Shown here in pieces: positions 25,677-38,372 of a stretch of DNA of 64,000 nt. A program made the translations under genes and the position numbers. This DNA comes from Mobula hypostoma (lineage: Eukaryota), in assembly GCF_963921235.1 (NCBI RefSeq), contig NC_086097.1, positions 97,838,001-97,902,000 of the forward strand, written 5' to 3'. Every line of letters starts with the position of its first letter. The stretch's first letter is position 1. Below the pieces are notes generated by a model that was given only the letters and a program-made list of their open reading frames with translations, made no database searches and was not told the DNA's origin.

Positions 25677-27429
25677 TCTTCAGGGTGATCTTGATGTTAT
25701 CTTTTAGGCGATTCCTTTGCCCATTGGGGGTTCACTGACTTTCCTTTACCTGGGAGTAAAGCATCTGTTTGGGGAGACGCAAAGTTGGCATTACTTTATT
25801 GTGGTGGAAACATCGTTCATGTTGACCTCCTCCAGTACGCTGGTGTTGGTGCATTAGCCCTTCCAGCCGATCCTCAAAAATCTTCCAAAAGGATCTTCGG
25901 TGCTTTTGTTCCAGGGCTTTCAGGTGTCTACTGTAGGTATTCAACTCTATATAGCACTGTAGGAAAGACAACTGCTCTATGGACCAAAAGTTTTGTTTAG
26001 ACCTGTCAGCCACAGTCTTCAAAGACTCTTTCCTTGATCTTGTGTAGAGTCCACTAGCACTACTCAGGTGGTGGTTGGCCTCTGAGTCAATATCTGATTT
26101 TGTGGAGAGAATGCTGCCAAGGGCGATACTGCTAGCCTTTAAGGAGGGCTGAATAAATGGCTGGTTGGGTGGTGGCTGATATAGGATCTGTGTATTTTTT
26201 ACTTTCAAAACAAGACTCAGGGCTCTATATGCCCTGGCAAAGGTATTCAGGATACAGTGGAGCTTTTGTTCAGAGCGCGATACAATGCCTTTGTCATGTG
26301 CATACTGACACTCCATGGTAGTAGTGGTCCTGACCTTGTTCTTGGCTTTGAACCAGCTGAGGATAAAAAGCCTGTTGTCCATTCTATTTCAGATTGGCAT
26401 TCCCCGTGGCAGGTCCCAACCACTGAGGCCAGGATGTGGCAGCAATAAAGATGACGAATACGGTGGCACAGGGTATTTGAACATTCAGAGGTGTCTCCCA
26501 CTGCAGGTATCAATAGAAAGAAAGCACTGTCAACATATGTGACTGTGATTGAAGGACACTAAAGCTGCTGAGAAAGAAGTCTTTATTCAACACAACAAGC
26601 AGGTATCATTCTGGAGACACTCTCAGTAGAGGCTCACAAACTCAAACTGCATCACATTTCTGAGACCCTTAAGATCAATGGTAATAGGTGATTCAATGCT
26701 GTTTCAATGGCTACAATTACATCGTTCACTTTAATAATTTGGGTTGACAATGCTTCCTTTGATTTGCACATAAACAGTGGGAGACACCTCTGGAAGTTCA
26801 AATACCTTGGCTGGATCACTTTGCTGAACTTAAACAATGGTGCAAATGCCTTAAACCCATAGATAATGCAAGGCAATTAATATCTTAATTGGCTGATGCA
26901 TATGCAATTTCTTGGTCTGTGCATCAGCCTGTGCTTGCAACTTCAAATTTACAAAAAAAACTTAAGACTAATTGCAAGCTTCCTGAATTTATAAGAACTG
27001 AAGACTGTTTCACATTTGAATTAATATCAGCTATAATCACATAACTCCAGAATACTCCTGACATGCAGAAGCCTCTATTAGTAAGTAGTTGTCAGGGCAG
27101 CCATGTCTTGACGGTATACACAGAGAGCCTGGCAGACCTTTATCAAATCTATGAAAACCAAGTACAAGGGTTGTCTTTGTTCACAGCATTTTTCCTGCAA
27201 TTCCTGCTGTGAAGATTATGTCTGCAGTATCACCAGATGGATGGAAACCACACTGTGATTCAGGGAGTACTGCAGACAGCAGTAGGAGTCGGTGGACAAG
27301 AATATGTACAACCCACACAAAATGCTGGAGGAACTCAGACCAGGCAGTATCTATGGGAAAAAGCACCTTGCTGCCTGTTGTTCACAGGAGGGAGATGCCT
27401 CTGTAATCACCACTATCTGCCTTGTCTCC

Positions 27430-30215
27430 CTTCTTCAATACAACATCAACTCAAATGGAGTACCACTTCTCACCATATGTGCTGAGCACAATCTTGTCAT
27501 CACAAGCACTTTCTTCAAACAGAAAAACAAATTCAAGGCATTTTGGCAGCACTCCCCATCCAAACAGTGGCACCTCACTATGTCATTGCCTGATCTATAA
27601 CTATCACAAGGGCCATGAATGGCAGAGATGACAAAGCAGTGGAACGGGTCAAACCAGTTCTAAAGGTGGTGAAACCGGGCCTGAGGGTACAATCTCTGCA
27701 CTGCAGGACTGTTTGATAATATGAACTGGAGAATGTTCAGGGAGGTTGCTACCTATGGCAACCATGTTAACATTGAGGAATATGTGGATTCTGTGACCAG
27801 CTACACAGGGAAGTGTACTGAGGATGTTACCATCACAAAACACATCCAGCTGAGGGTAAATCTGAAGCCATGTCTCACTGCAGAGGTCCATGCACGGCTG
27901 AGGGATTGTGATGCTGCCTTTAGATTGGGGGATGTGACAACTCTCAGGGAAGCAAGGACTATGCTTTCCCGCTCCATTAGGAAGACAGAACAGGAGCATT
28001 CTCAGAGAATTTACAGCCACTTCTATGATACCAGGGACAGGAGGCTCATGTGGCAGGGAATTCAAAGGATTACAGACAACTAGTCTATCCTGCTCATCAG
28101 TGATCAGGGTGCTTCACTCCCCTCAGGCTGAATGTCTTCTACGCCCGGTTTGAAACACAGAACAAAGTGCTGGCGAGGAAGGTACTCCTTCTACCCCCCC
28201 CCCCCCACGCAGGGGAGCAGACACTCCATCTGGCTGAAGCTGAGTTGAGGAAGACCCTGGCCAGAATAAATCCACACAAAGCTGCGGGGGCCGATAACAT
28301 ACCAGGCCGGGTTCTGAAAGACCCAGCTGATAGAAGCGCTGATGGATATATTCAACATCTCTCTGGAACAGTCCTCAATCTCCTCAGTTTTCAAGGCCGC
28401 AGCCATCATTCCGGTGCCAAAGAAGGTGACAGTAACCTGCCTAAATGATTATCATCTGGAGGCATTAACATCAACCATTATGAAATACTTTGAGCGGCTG
28501 GTCATCGAGCACATTAAAGCCTTTCTCCCGGCTACATTGGACCCCTTCCAGTTCACTTAATGTTCAAGTCGACCCACTGACAATGCAATAGCCTGTGTCC
28601 TTAAACTCCATCCTGTCCCGCCTGGAAAATACAGTCTCATATGCCAGACTCTGTTCATAGACTTCTGTTTGGTGCTTACCACTATCATACCCTACAAACT
28701 TGTGGGGAAACTGTCCTTGCTGGGTCTCAACACCTCCCTCTGCAACTGGACACTGGACCTCTTAACAGTAAGGGCATAGTCAGTCTCTGTGGGCAGCAAC
28801 ATCTCTTGTCCTGTAATGCTCAGCACTGGTGCTCCCCAGGGCTGTGTGCTCAGCCCACTGCTGTTCACACTGCTGACGCTTGACTGTGTCGCAGGATCCG
28901 GCTCAAACCGTGTCATCAAGTTTGCGGATGACACAACAGTGGTTGGCCCCATTAAAGACAATGACAAGACGGAGTATAGAGAGTAAGTGGAGAGGCTGCT
29001 GGATTGGTGTGAGAAGAACAACTCAAGCCTGAACATGGAGGAGAAAGAGGAAGTCATTGTGGACTTCAGGAAGGTGCAGACAAACCATCCCCCTCTGTGA
29101 ATACATGATTCCTCTGTATAGAGTTAAGTTCATCAAGTTCCTGGGAGTTCACATCACGGATGACCTCACCTGGTCCCTTAATATTACTTCCCAGAACAAG
29201 AAGGTACAGCAGCACCTCCACCTCCTGAAAAGACTGAGGCAAGCAAAGCTCCCACCCCCCAAGTTGCATCTCCATCGGGTATGGGAGCAGCCAAGCATCT
29301 GACCTGGAGTCCCTACAAAGGACCGTGAGAACAGCTGAGAGGATCATAGGGGTCTCCCTACCATCCATTGTGGACACTTAATCAGGAGTACTGCGTTCGC
29401 AGGGCCCTTAGTATTACTAAGAATCCCACCCATCCATCCAGCATCCTCTTTGGCTTTCTACCATCAGGCAGGAGACTCCAATGGATACAAACAAGAACGG
29501 TCAGGATGGGAAACCATTTCTTCCCCCAGGCCATTAAGCTTCTGGAACTCTCAGCTGCATCATATTCGAAGTGTCACTGGTTAATCTGTTCTGTACCTTA
29601 CAATATTAATTTATGCACTTTACTTTGTTATTTATGTGTGATTCATCTGTAGATTTTATCCTTGCCATCTTAAGTTATTGTGGTTTATGTGTACTATTGT
29701 GCTTTACACCCTGGATCTGAGAAACGTCTTGTTTCTATATACGTACACTGAATGGTTATATACATTATATACATGTATGGATTTAAATGAGAATGAGCTT
29801 GACTTGACTTGCTGGACAGATCATCAACTGATCCACCATGTCCATCACACCCATGAAAAAGAGGAAGGTTCATAAGAAGCAGACCATGCCAAGACCAAAC
29901 CTTGCTCAACACTGCGTCGCCACCCAACGGGCACGATCAGGTCTCGTTTGGGTTTTCATGAACTTCTTAACCGCGACAGCACTCCAATCCTCCAGAGACC
30001 TGAGAGAGAAGATATGTGCCATCCTCCCAGTATGAACGAGGTCCATGATGCCATCAGGAGCTGAATTAGCAACAAAGCCACTGGTCCTGACGGGATCCCT
30101 GTAGAGACCCTCAAAGAAGTTGAACCAGCACTCCTGCACCAAATACACACCCTGCTCCTCAAGGCCTGGGAAAAGGCACAACTGTCCTCAGAGCTCAGAG
30201 ATGCTCTAATACTGG
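27430..30215 (+). mobile_element. RTE-clade fragments (about 27430-27650 and 29810-30215) split by a Rex-Babar element
   Basis: NSNGVPLLTICAEHNLVITSTFF..WQH..SKQWH and NKATGPDGIPVE..LRDALI remnants. Confidence 0.65.
27650..29808 (+). mobile_element. Decayed Rex1/Babar LINE
   Basis: KAAGADNIPGRVLK, IIPVPKK, GAPQGCVLSPLLF, IKFADDTTVVG; (CTTGA)n tail. Confidence 0.88.
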
Positions 30216-30469
30216 GGAATACAAATGAACCTAAGAACACAATTCCATAAATTTATCATTATTTGTATTTTTGAATTCTATGGTCCCTTGTAATAATCTC
30301 AATGCTATTTCCCATTTTTGTATTTATTCTGCTGACCTGACATACTGTATTTTATGAACCTATCACTAGATCCCTTTGCCTTTATCCCCTATTCAGTTCA
30401 TTTTTATTTCCAATGGTTTGATAAAATTTGCAGTTTTTCCTACCAAATTGTACAATCTAGGTCAAACAC

Positions 30470-31295
30470 CTAGAGAGCTGGTGCAGTGATAACAATTTGA
30501 TGCTTAATGTCACCAAAACCAAGGAGATGATCGTTGCTTTCAGAAGGTCTCAGCCTCAGCACACACCCCTCAACATCAGCAGCTCCACAGTGGAGAAAGT
30601 GGAAACATCAAGTTCCTTGGGGTGCAGATCTCGGACAATCTTACTCGGTCCAGGAACACCACTGGGATTGTGAAACGGGCCTAGCAGAGATTGCACTTTC
30701 TGAGGAAGCTTAAACAAGCATCACTCCCCACTAACATCTTAACTACATTCTACAGAGGCGTGGTTGAGAGTGTGCTGACCTTTTGCATCACAACCTGGTA
30801 CTCCAGCTGCAGTGCTGTCATCAAAAAAGCCTTGCAGAGGGTGGTTAGGGGAGCAGAGAAGGTTATTGGGGTCTCCCTACCTTCTGTCCAAGACCTCTTT
30901 CAGAGTCGATGCCTCCAGAAGACTCGGTACATCATTAAAGATCCCTCACACCCTCTCCATGAACTGTTTGTTCTTCTGCCATCAGGTAAACGTTACAGGA
31001 GCATCAAAACTAAAACCACAAGGCTACTAAACAGCTTCCTCCCACAGGCAGTCAGACTGCTAAATAGCTGCTCTACCTGACTCTGCTTTGGACACTTTTA
31101 ACTTGCACTGGACACTTATAACTGATTTTAACTGACATGTGGCTGTTGTGTTTTACTATTTATTGTTATGTTTATTATTTAGTGTTGCGTTTGTTATGTT
31201 ATGATTGCACTGCTCCTGGGAAACGCTGTCTCATTCTGCCCTGCAGAGCTGATGTACAGTTAGAATGACAATAAAGTTTTTTGAATCTTGAATCT
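30470..31295 (+). mobile_element. Rex1/Babar 3' fragment
   Basis: FLRKLKQ..FYRGVVESVLT..HPLHELF..LPSGKRYRSI; AATAAA then (TTGAATC)n tail. Confidence 0.88.
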
Positions 31296-32029
31296 TTATC
31301 CATATTGAATTCATTTGTGGTTTATAATATTTTTTATAATGTTGCAGTCGTCCCCAGTCTTCCTGTAGCCCCAGCATTGTATCATCCCCGCAATCTGATA
31401 CGATATTACTTGCTCTACCCCAATCACTGAATATTAGTGGTCCCAATAATTACTATTGTGGAACACCAACCTCGTTTTCCAAAGTGAAGACGTCATCCCA
31501 AGGTTATGGCGGATTCTGTTCCCATGTACTGTTCGTAACTCAAACAGCTGACAGATTGGAAATGTGGCCATAAATTGAGTTCCCACCTGACAGAAGATGC
31601 CTACACCCTCACATCAGCCAACAAATCCATCCCAACACTCTCCCAAACACTGAACTGGGCATACAAGCCACACACAAGCCAGGCACTCATAAGCTGGGGA
31701 GGATCTGTGACTATTTTGTACCACCACCCTCTGGTTGCTATTTTCTGTCCATACAGCTTTTAACCCAATTCCATGTGCCCTATCCAGTTGTGATCCTCTG
31801 TCATGGCACTGTGCATTGCTGCAACTCACCTTATCAGAGAGCCCAATTAACACAACCCTGGCTTTTCACCAGCTCCAAAGAACCTACAGCCACTACAAGT
31901 AGGAACTCCCTGCAAATCAATGGCTCATAGCTGCTTCAGGACCACTTGCTGAAAGATACAAAACCTGCCCGCCTTACAATTCAAGAGCTGAGACCATCTC
32001 CAGGACACAGATGAAGCTGAAGAATGTAC

Positions 32030-32071
32030 CTGCTTTTCTTCATCAAAATCTTCAGGAAACTCGATAGTTGG
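32030..32071 (-). CDS. EIF2AK4: GCN2 small exon, 42 nt
   Basis: ttccctag|PTIEFPEDFDEEKQ|gtacat; FPEDFD matches GCN2; phase 0-0; donor is weaker than the others. Confidence 0.88.
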
Positions 32072-32109
32072 CTAGGGAAAAAGAACATTTAAAATGGTTA
32101 ACAAAGTTT

Positions 32110-32450
32110 TGATTAGCTTTATTTTTTACATGCACGTCAAAACATACAGCAACGTGCATCATTTACGTCATTGCTTATGATGTGCTGGGGCAGCCCACAG
32201 GTGTTGCTATACTTCTGGCATCAACATAGCATGCCGCAACTTACTAATCCTGACCCACACATCTTTCTTTTGGAATGTGGGAGGAAACCAGAGCATCTAG
32301 AGGAAACCCACGTAGCCATGGGAAGAACATACAAAGTCGTTACAGACAGTAGCGAGGACTGAACCTCAATCTTCCAGTTGCTGGTCCTGTAAAGTGTTAC
32401 GCTAACCACCACATTACCATGCTGCCCAACACGGTACATAACAACAAGGA
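32110..32450 (-). mobile_element. V-SINE-like element
   Basis: gggtttcctctagatgctctggtttcctcccacattccaaa core on the minus strand. Confidence 0.65.
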
Positions 32451-33549
32451 ATATGCCAACACTCCACCAGTATTTAATTTTTCTCCACTGGATGGTCTAA
32501 CATACAATCCTAAAAAAAAAGGACATTCAGGGTTCAAGAGTTCAATCCAATATCAGAGAATGTACACAGTATACAACCTCAAATTCTTACTCTTCACAAA
32601 CATCCATGAAACAGAAGACCCAGAAAAATAAATGACAGAAACTTGTTTAAGAGGAACATAGAGTTTATAATGCTGAAAAGAATAATGGTAGAGATTGAAA
32701 GAATTTTACAGACCAGTAGAGAATGACTAAAAAGAGGAAGAGAACAGTAAACTATCAGGAATATAAAAGAGATTGAAAGGGCTCTTCAAACACATAGTTC
32801 TAGAGAGTAGCTGCAGTGCCTTAGATACTAAGAGAAGAATTAATTAAGAGTAAACAGCAAAGGCATTAGATAAACATTTTATTTCCATCTGTAGAGTGGA
32901 AGATATTAAATGCCGACACAAACAATCAAAAGGCAGGAACAAAAGGGTGAGCACAGATATCAATAGAGAGAATGTACTGGATAAACTGCTGGAACTTAAG
33001 GTGACAAATCCCTTGGGCCTGAAGTAAAGGTAACAGAGTTTTCAAAGTTTTTGAATTTCTAGAAAGGCATTGCAAGTTGTAAAAATAGCCTCACTGCAAG
33101 GAAAGTGGGAAAGAGAAGGCCAGTTTTCCTTCCTAATGCTGAAGTCTATTATTAAGGAAGAAGCAACTCGAGACTTTTAGAAAGTAAAAGATAAGGCAGA
33201 TTCATGTTGGTTTTAAGGAAGAGACACTGTGTTTAACAGATTTATTAGAGTTATAACTAGCAGGGCTGATAAACAGGAACCTGTGAATCACTCTATATTT
33301 TGTTTCCAAAAAAAAATTCAATAAAGTACTAGAAAGTGAAGTTATTTTACACGATAAGGGCTCATGGAGTTGAAGGGGTACGTTATTATGGATAGATTGG
33401 TGTGATGAGAGGAGGTGGAGCAGCTTGGCGAGCTGCCGCCAGTGAGGTGTCACATGGATTGGTGTTGTTACCTTAGTTTGAGTTAGATGAAGGGACCAAG
33501 TGTAATTGACAAGTCTGACAATGAGAGAAACAGAAATGAAAAATTCAGA

Positions 33550-35420
33550 CCCAGCCTATCTAATCTCTTCCTATAACTCAAACCCTCCAACCCAGGGCAA
33601 CATCTTTGTGAATCTTTTCTAGACCCTTTCTAACTGAATTAAACTTCTGGTCATTGCACTGTATAGAATACACCAAGCATGGCCCTAATCAACATTTTGT
33701 ACAACCGTAACATCGTGTACTTATTGCTTCAGCTGATGAAGAGGCCAGCATGCCATATGCTTTCTTTACCACCCTGTCTACTTGTGTTGTCACTTTTAGG
33801 AAGCTATGTACTTGTAGCACTAGGCCTCTGTTCAGCAACATTTCTCACTGCTTGCAGATTTACTAACGTTTACATTAATTTTCCGCTTGCCGGAGTTAAA
33901 TTCCATCTGCCAGTCCTTGTCCACTTTGTGAATTGATCTATACCTGTATACTATCATACTCTTAGACACCTTTCTTCATTATCTAATATACCAACAATTT
34001 TGGTGTCATCTGTGATCATGCCCACTACATTCTCATCCAAATGGATGACAAACAACATCGATCATACACCACACCAGTGGCCAAAGGTCTCTAATCAAAA
34101 AGCAACTCCTTGCTTTTACACTCTGTCTCCTACCACCAAATAGATGTTGTATCCAATTGGCTAGCTCACCCTGGATTCCATGTATTCTTGCAGATCAGCC
34201 TACCACAGGAACTTTATCAAAGACTACATAGATGATGTCTACCATCCTCCCTTTGTTAATCCCGTTGGTCATCTCTTCAAAAAAAAAATCAATTCAATTA
34301 AAATAATCCAGTTTATGAGACATGATGTTTCACTCACAAAGCCATGCTAACCACCCCTGATTAGTCCTTGCCTTTTCAAATGCAGAGAAGTGTTGTCTTT
34401 AAGAATCCCTCCATCAGCAAGGGAGATGAGGCTGAGTACAGGGCTACGGTAGGAAACTTTGTCACATGGTGTGAGCAGAATTATCTGCAGCTTAATGTGA
34501 AAGAGACTAAGGAGTTGGTGGTAGACCTGAGGAGAGCTAAGGTACCGGTGACCCCTGTTTCCGTCCAGGGGGTCAGTGTGGACATGGTGGAGGATTACAA
34601 ATACCTGGGGATACTAATTGACAATAAACTGGACTGGTCTAAGAACACTGAGGCTGTCTACAAGAAGGGTCAGAGCCGTCTCTAATTCCTGAGGAGACTG
34701 AGGTCATTTAACATCTGCCAGACGATGCTGAGGATGTTCTACGAGTCTGTGGTGGCCAGTGCTATCATGTTTGCTGTTGTGTACTGGGGCAGCAGGCTGA
34801 GGGTAGCAGACACCAAAAGAATCAACAAACTCATTCGTAAGGCCAGTGATGTTGTGGGGATGGAACTGGACTCTCTGACGGTGGTGTCTGAAAAGAGGAT
34901 GCTGTCCAAGTTGCATGCCATCTTGGACAATGTCTCCCATCCACTACATAATGTACTGGGTGGGCACAGGAGTACATTCAGCCAGAGACTCATTCCACCG
35001 AGATGCAGCACAGAGCGTCATAGGAAGTCATTCCTGCCTGTGGCCATCAAATTTTACAACTCCTCCCTTGGACGGTCAGACATCCTGAGCCAATAGGCTG
35101 GTCCTGGACTTATTTCATAATTTACTGGCATAATTTACATATTACTATTTAACTATTTATGGTTCTATTACTATTTATTATTTATGGAGCAACTGTAACG
35201 AAAACCAATTTCCCCCGGGATCAATAAAGTATGACTATGACTATAATAACTTGACCACCATTGATGTAAGGCTCCCTGGCCACGATTCTCCTTGGCTTTT
35301 TAAATAAAGATAAAACACTGGCTCTCTCCTATTCCAGTAGTACATCACCTGTAAAGTTTCAACAGTTTCTGACAAGGCCCTGGCAACCTCCTCCCTTATT
35401 TCCCCATAACAGTCCATACC
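33550..35420 (-). mobile_element. Decayed CR1 fragment, interrupted by Rex1 at about 34413-35243
   Basis: Reverse-complement CR1 RT remnants (cagcatggctttgtg-like, gatgacaccaaaattg); boundaries approximate. Confidence 0.65.
34413..35243 (+). mobile_element. Rex1/Babar 3' fragment, little decayed
   Basis: LQLNVKETKELVVD, YKYLG, FYESVVASAI..SHPLH..SFLPVAI; AATAAA plus (ATGACT)n tail. Confidence 0.88.
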
Positions 35421-36119
35421 CTACCAATATGTGCTCCCTACATTCACCCTGAAAATAATGCTGTGATTTCAAAGTGGGAGAAACCAGCAGCGGGAAAAGT
35501 GTTGTCTTTCTACTCTTTCTGCTGTAGTGAACCCAGAGCATTACCAGGTCACCTAGAGAATAAATGTGCGCAAGGCTCATCCAAGGTCTCGGCACAAATC
35601 TCAACAGTGAACCATCAGCACTTCTGAATGGAAGGTAACTTAACACCAGTGCTTATTAAATTGTGATGATTGGGAAAGATATTTTCACCCCTAAAATTCT
35701 TTTTTAAAAACACTTATATTTTATTAGATCAAGTATAGCAAAAATTCATTGTTGCTATATTTTTATTTACTGTCAGGCACCTTAAATAAACCTACAAATG
35801 TTCTTTTAAATACACATCTATATAGATTTACATACATAACGTTACAAAGTTCTGTGGTCAGTGAATTACATTCTGAGTGTCGTGCTGTGCAATCAGCAGC
35901 CACGTCAACTAATAGCCAAAACTACAAGATTAATAATAATTCAACTTTTACATTCAGAATTCCATTGGATGGAAAAAGAATTCCTATTCACATCTGAGTT
36001 TAATATTATGGAATTAAAAACACAAACTGATTATTTTTCTCAGGCAGACAGCTCAGTAAGAGTTACAATGATTCAGAATCTATTACATTCCCATTAAGGG
36101 TTAACAAGCTGGTACATAC

Positions 36120-36221
36120 CATTCGAAGCTTGTTGAGGACAAAAATCCTCTCGGAAGCGGTAGCCATAGGATGATACGACATCTCAAAGAAAATGATCCC
36201 TAAACTGAACAGGTCTACTTT
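36120..36221 (-). CDS. EIF2AK4: GCN2 exon, 102 nt, kinase subdomain IX-X
   Basis: ttccag|KVDLFSLGIIFFEMSYHPMATASERIFVLNKLRM|gtatgt; phase 0-0. Confidence 0.97.
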
Positions 36222-37401
36222 CTGGAAGAGATGATTGAGAATTAACATTGGTAACGGAAGGGATAAAATTACCCACATGATTCTGAACACCTTAGAACAT
36301 TATATATCTTCTGTTGTTGACACATACAAAATGCTATACGCTTTATGATTCAATGACTGTTTCCCTCGCTGCGCCATGACTTGCAGAACAACCCTTCAAC
36401 TAATCCTTCTTCCAGTTCAAAGGTGCCAATACCTGTTGATAGGACTAACAGTGTCACATAGGTCACCATCATTTCAACTACTCAGTGCAATATTTAAGTT
36501 CATCTCCATTTTTTTGTTGTTCCCAAACCCATGACTTTTACCCCAGCACTGTACATTGCACTTACAGTCGCCCACCATCCTGATTTGGAAATATATGGCC
36601 AGCCCTTCATTGTCTCTAAGTGCAAATCCTCGAACTCTCTCCCCAACAATGCACCTTCACCCAAAGGACTACAGCAGTTCAAAATGGTTTCTTCAAACAG
36701 TTTAATAAAAAGAATTCTGTAAAATTCATGGTTGTAGAAAGGCACTCAAACCTGACAATAATAAATATTCAATCAGCTAATTTGAACTAAGTAAACTTCA
36801 ATCTGTGTCATGTTTATTAGTGAAGACATGGTAGGGTTTTCCTCCCTTTCAATGGAAATAGAAAACAGCACATAACTACAACAGGCAAGACAGCATCTAA
36901 AACACTAATATATCCAAAATCTATTTGCAAAAGTCTGTGGATCTAATTTTACCGCAAATTATCAACATTCATCTTTTCCTCTCTAGTTCTGTTGACCTGC
37001 TTAATCAGATTCAAGAGTAAGTTAATAAATCTGTGCTAAATATATTTCTCTCCAAGAGGACCACAACCTTGTGGTTTGGAGGATTGCATGCCTTAATGAC
37101 CCAGAGAGCTCTGTTGGCTGAGCTTTATGCTTTGGCTCTTTGTAGGGTCACCCATGTCAGACAGTCAAAGGTTAGAGGCCAGACTAAGAGTGGTTCACTG
37201 GTCCTCCAAGTTCAGAGGTTCAGATCCAGGCTAGCAACCCTGACTGGTCAAACAAAACTGTTACTGAAACAGCAATGAAGAACCCTTCTATATCTGTACG
37301 CGACAGTATTCCTGAGACTTCCCCCAGACTTGCATGGCTAACAGTAGTGAAAACTGAAAGGAAGCTACTGACATGATGAAGTAAGTGCTGAATAACACTA
37401 A

Positions 37402-37857
37402 AGACTGATTTATATTTGTGCGTCATATGTACGCCGTAGGTATTGCATACCCTACGCCGTAGGGTGACGTGCACCTCCCCAAAAATGTAACTCACGCGTC
37501 GCAGCGACGCAGACCCCAGCAACTGTGATCGGTCCGCTTGGTAGCATCGCATTTCCGGTTGCTTTTCTCCGCCATGTCTGTACACTGATGCAAAATAAAT
37601 GGTTGGAGACGATGAACTAAATCGTCAAATCTACCTGCCAACCAACATCCGAAAATATTTGAAATGCATTTCCTCGTCCATGTCTCTCACGAAGAAACTC
37701 AACACAGTGGCATAGAAACCCCACCGCCAACTAGCATTTTGGCGGTGAATTGCAGAGCAACACAGACACGCCAACGCACAAGTATAAATGCTCACAACGG
37801 CATAGCCCACTTGCATAGGCTACGACGTAGAGCCTACGCAGAAGTATAAATCAGCCT
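37402..37857. mobile_element. Non-autonomous DNA transposon (MITE), PIF/Harbinger-like
   Basis: About 22-bp imperfect TIRs AGACTGATTTATATTTGTGCGT / ACGCAGAAGTATAAATCAGCCT; flanked by TAA and TTA; CpG-rich interior. Confidence 0.75.
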
Positions 37858-38044
37858 TTATACTAAGTACAACTGCAACACACCGAGTGTCAAACTAACC
37901 ACATCACACCAGTTAGAAGACAAAAGCAAAAATAATAGGCTAAAAATTTCTAGAATGATGCTGTCAAACACAGAGCTGACAAGCAGCGATCAGTCCATCT
38001 CAGTATTAACTGCAATGCTTGTTTCAAACAAAGGCAATGGTTAC

Positions 38045-38124
38045 CTGATTGTAAGTGGCCTTTGCATTGCCCTGTACTTCAGGGCTCACATACAGAGCAG
38101 TGCCGACCATTCCAGTTAAGTTCT
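38045..38124 (-). CDS. EIF2AK4: GCN2 exon, 80 nt (86 nt if the upstream tandem acceptor is used), activation-loop Thr and SPE motif
   Basis: ttccag|(E)NLTGMVGTALYVSPEVQGNAKATYNQ|gtaac; phase 1-0. Confidence 0.96.
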
Positions 38125-38253
38125 CTGGAACTGGAACAAATGCAGAGCTGTTAACTTGCGTATTGCAAAATCAAATAAAGATTTAAAGAACGACACATGA
38201 AACAGCAGATGCAATAGTCTAGGGCAATAAACAAACTGCTGGGAGGAACTCAC

Positions 38254-38372
38254 ATCAAAGTTGCTGGTGAACGCAGCAGGCCAGGCAGCATCTATAGGAA
38301 GAGGTACAGTCGACGTTCACCAGCAACTTTGATATGTGTTGCTTGAATTTCCAGCATCTGCAGAATTCCTCA
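38254..38372. mobile_element. Fold-back Penelope terminal mini-insertion with 17-bp TSD
   Basis: TGCTGGGAGGAACTCAC at 38237-38253 and 38373-38389; inverted arms atcaaagttgctggtgaacg / cgttcaccagcaactttgat. Confidence 0.8.

Larger units (their letters stand above)
16430..27300 (-). mobile_element. Old RTE-clade LINE in pieces (about 16430-16702, 25690-26440, 27090-27300), host to later insertions
   Basis: LPESQCGF, RLPKQMLYSQ and GSRIG-like C-terminal remnants; reading is colinear across the L1 insertion. Confidence 0.7.
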
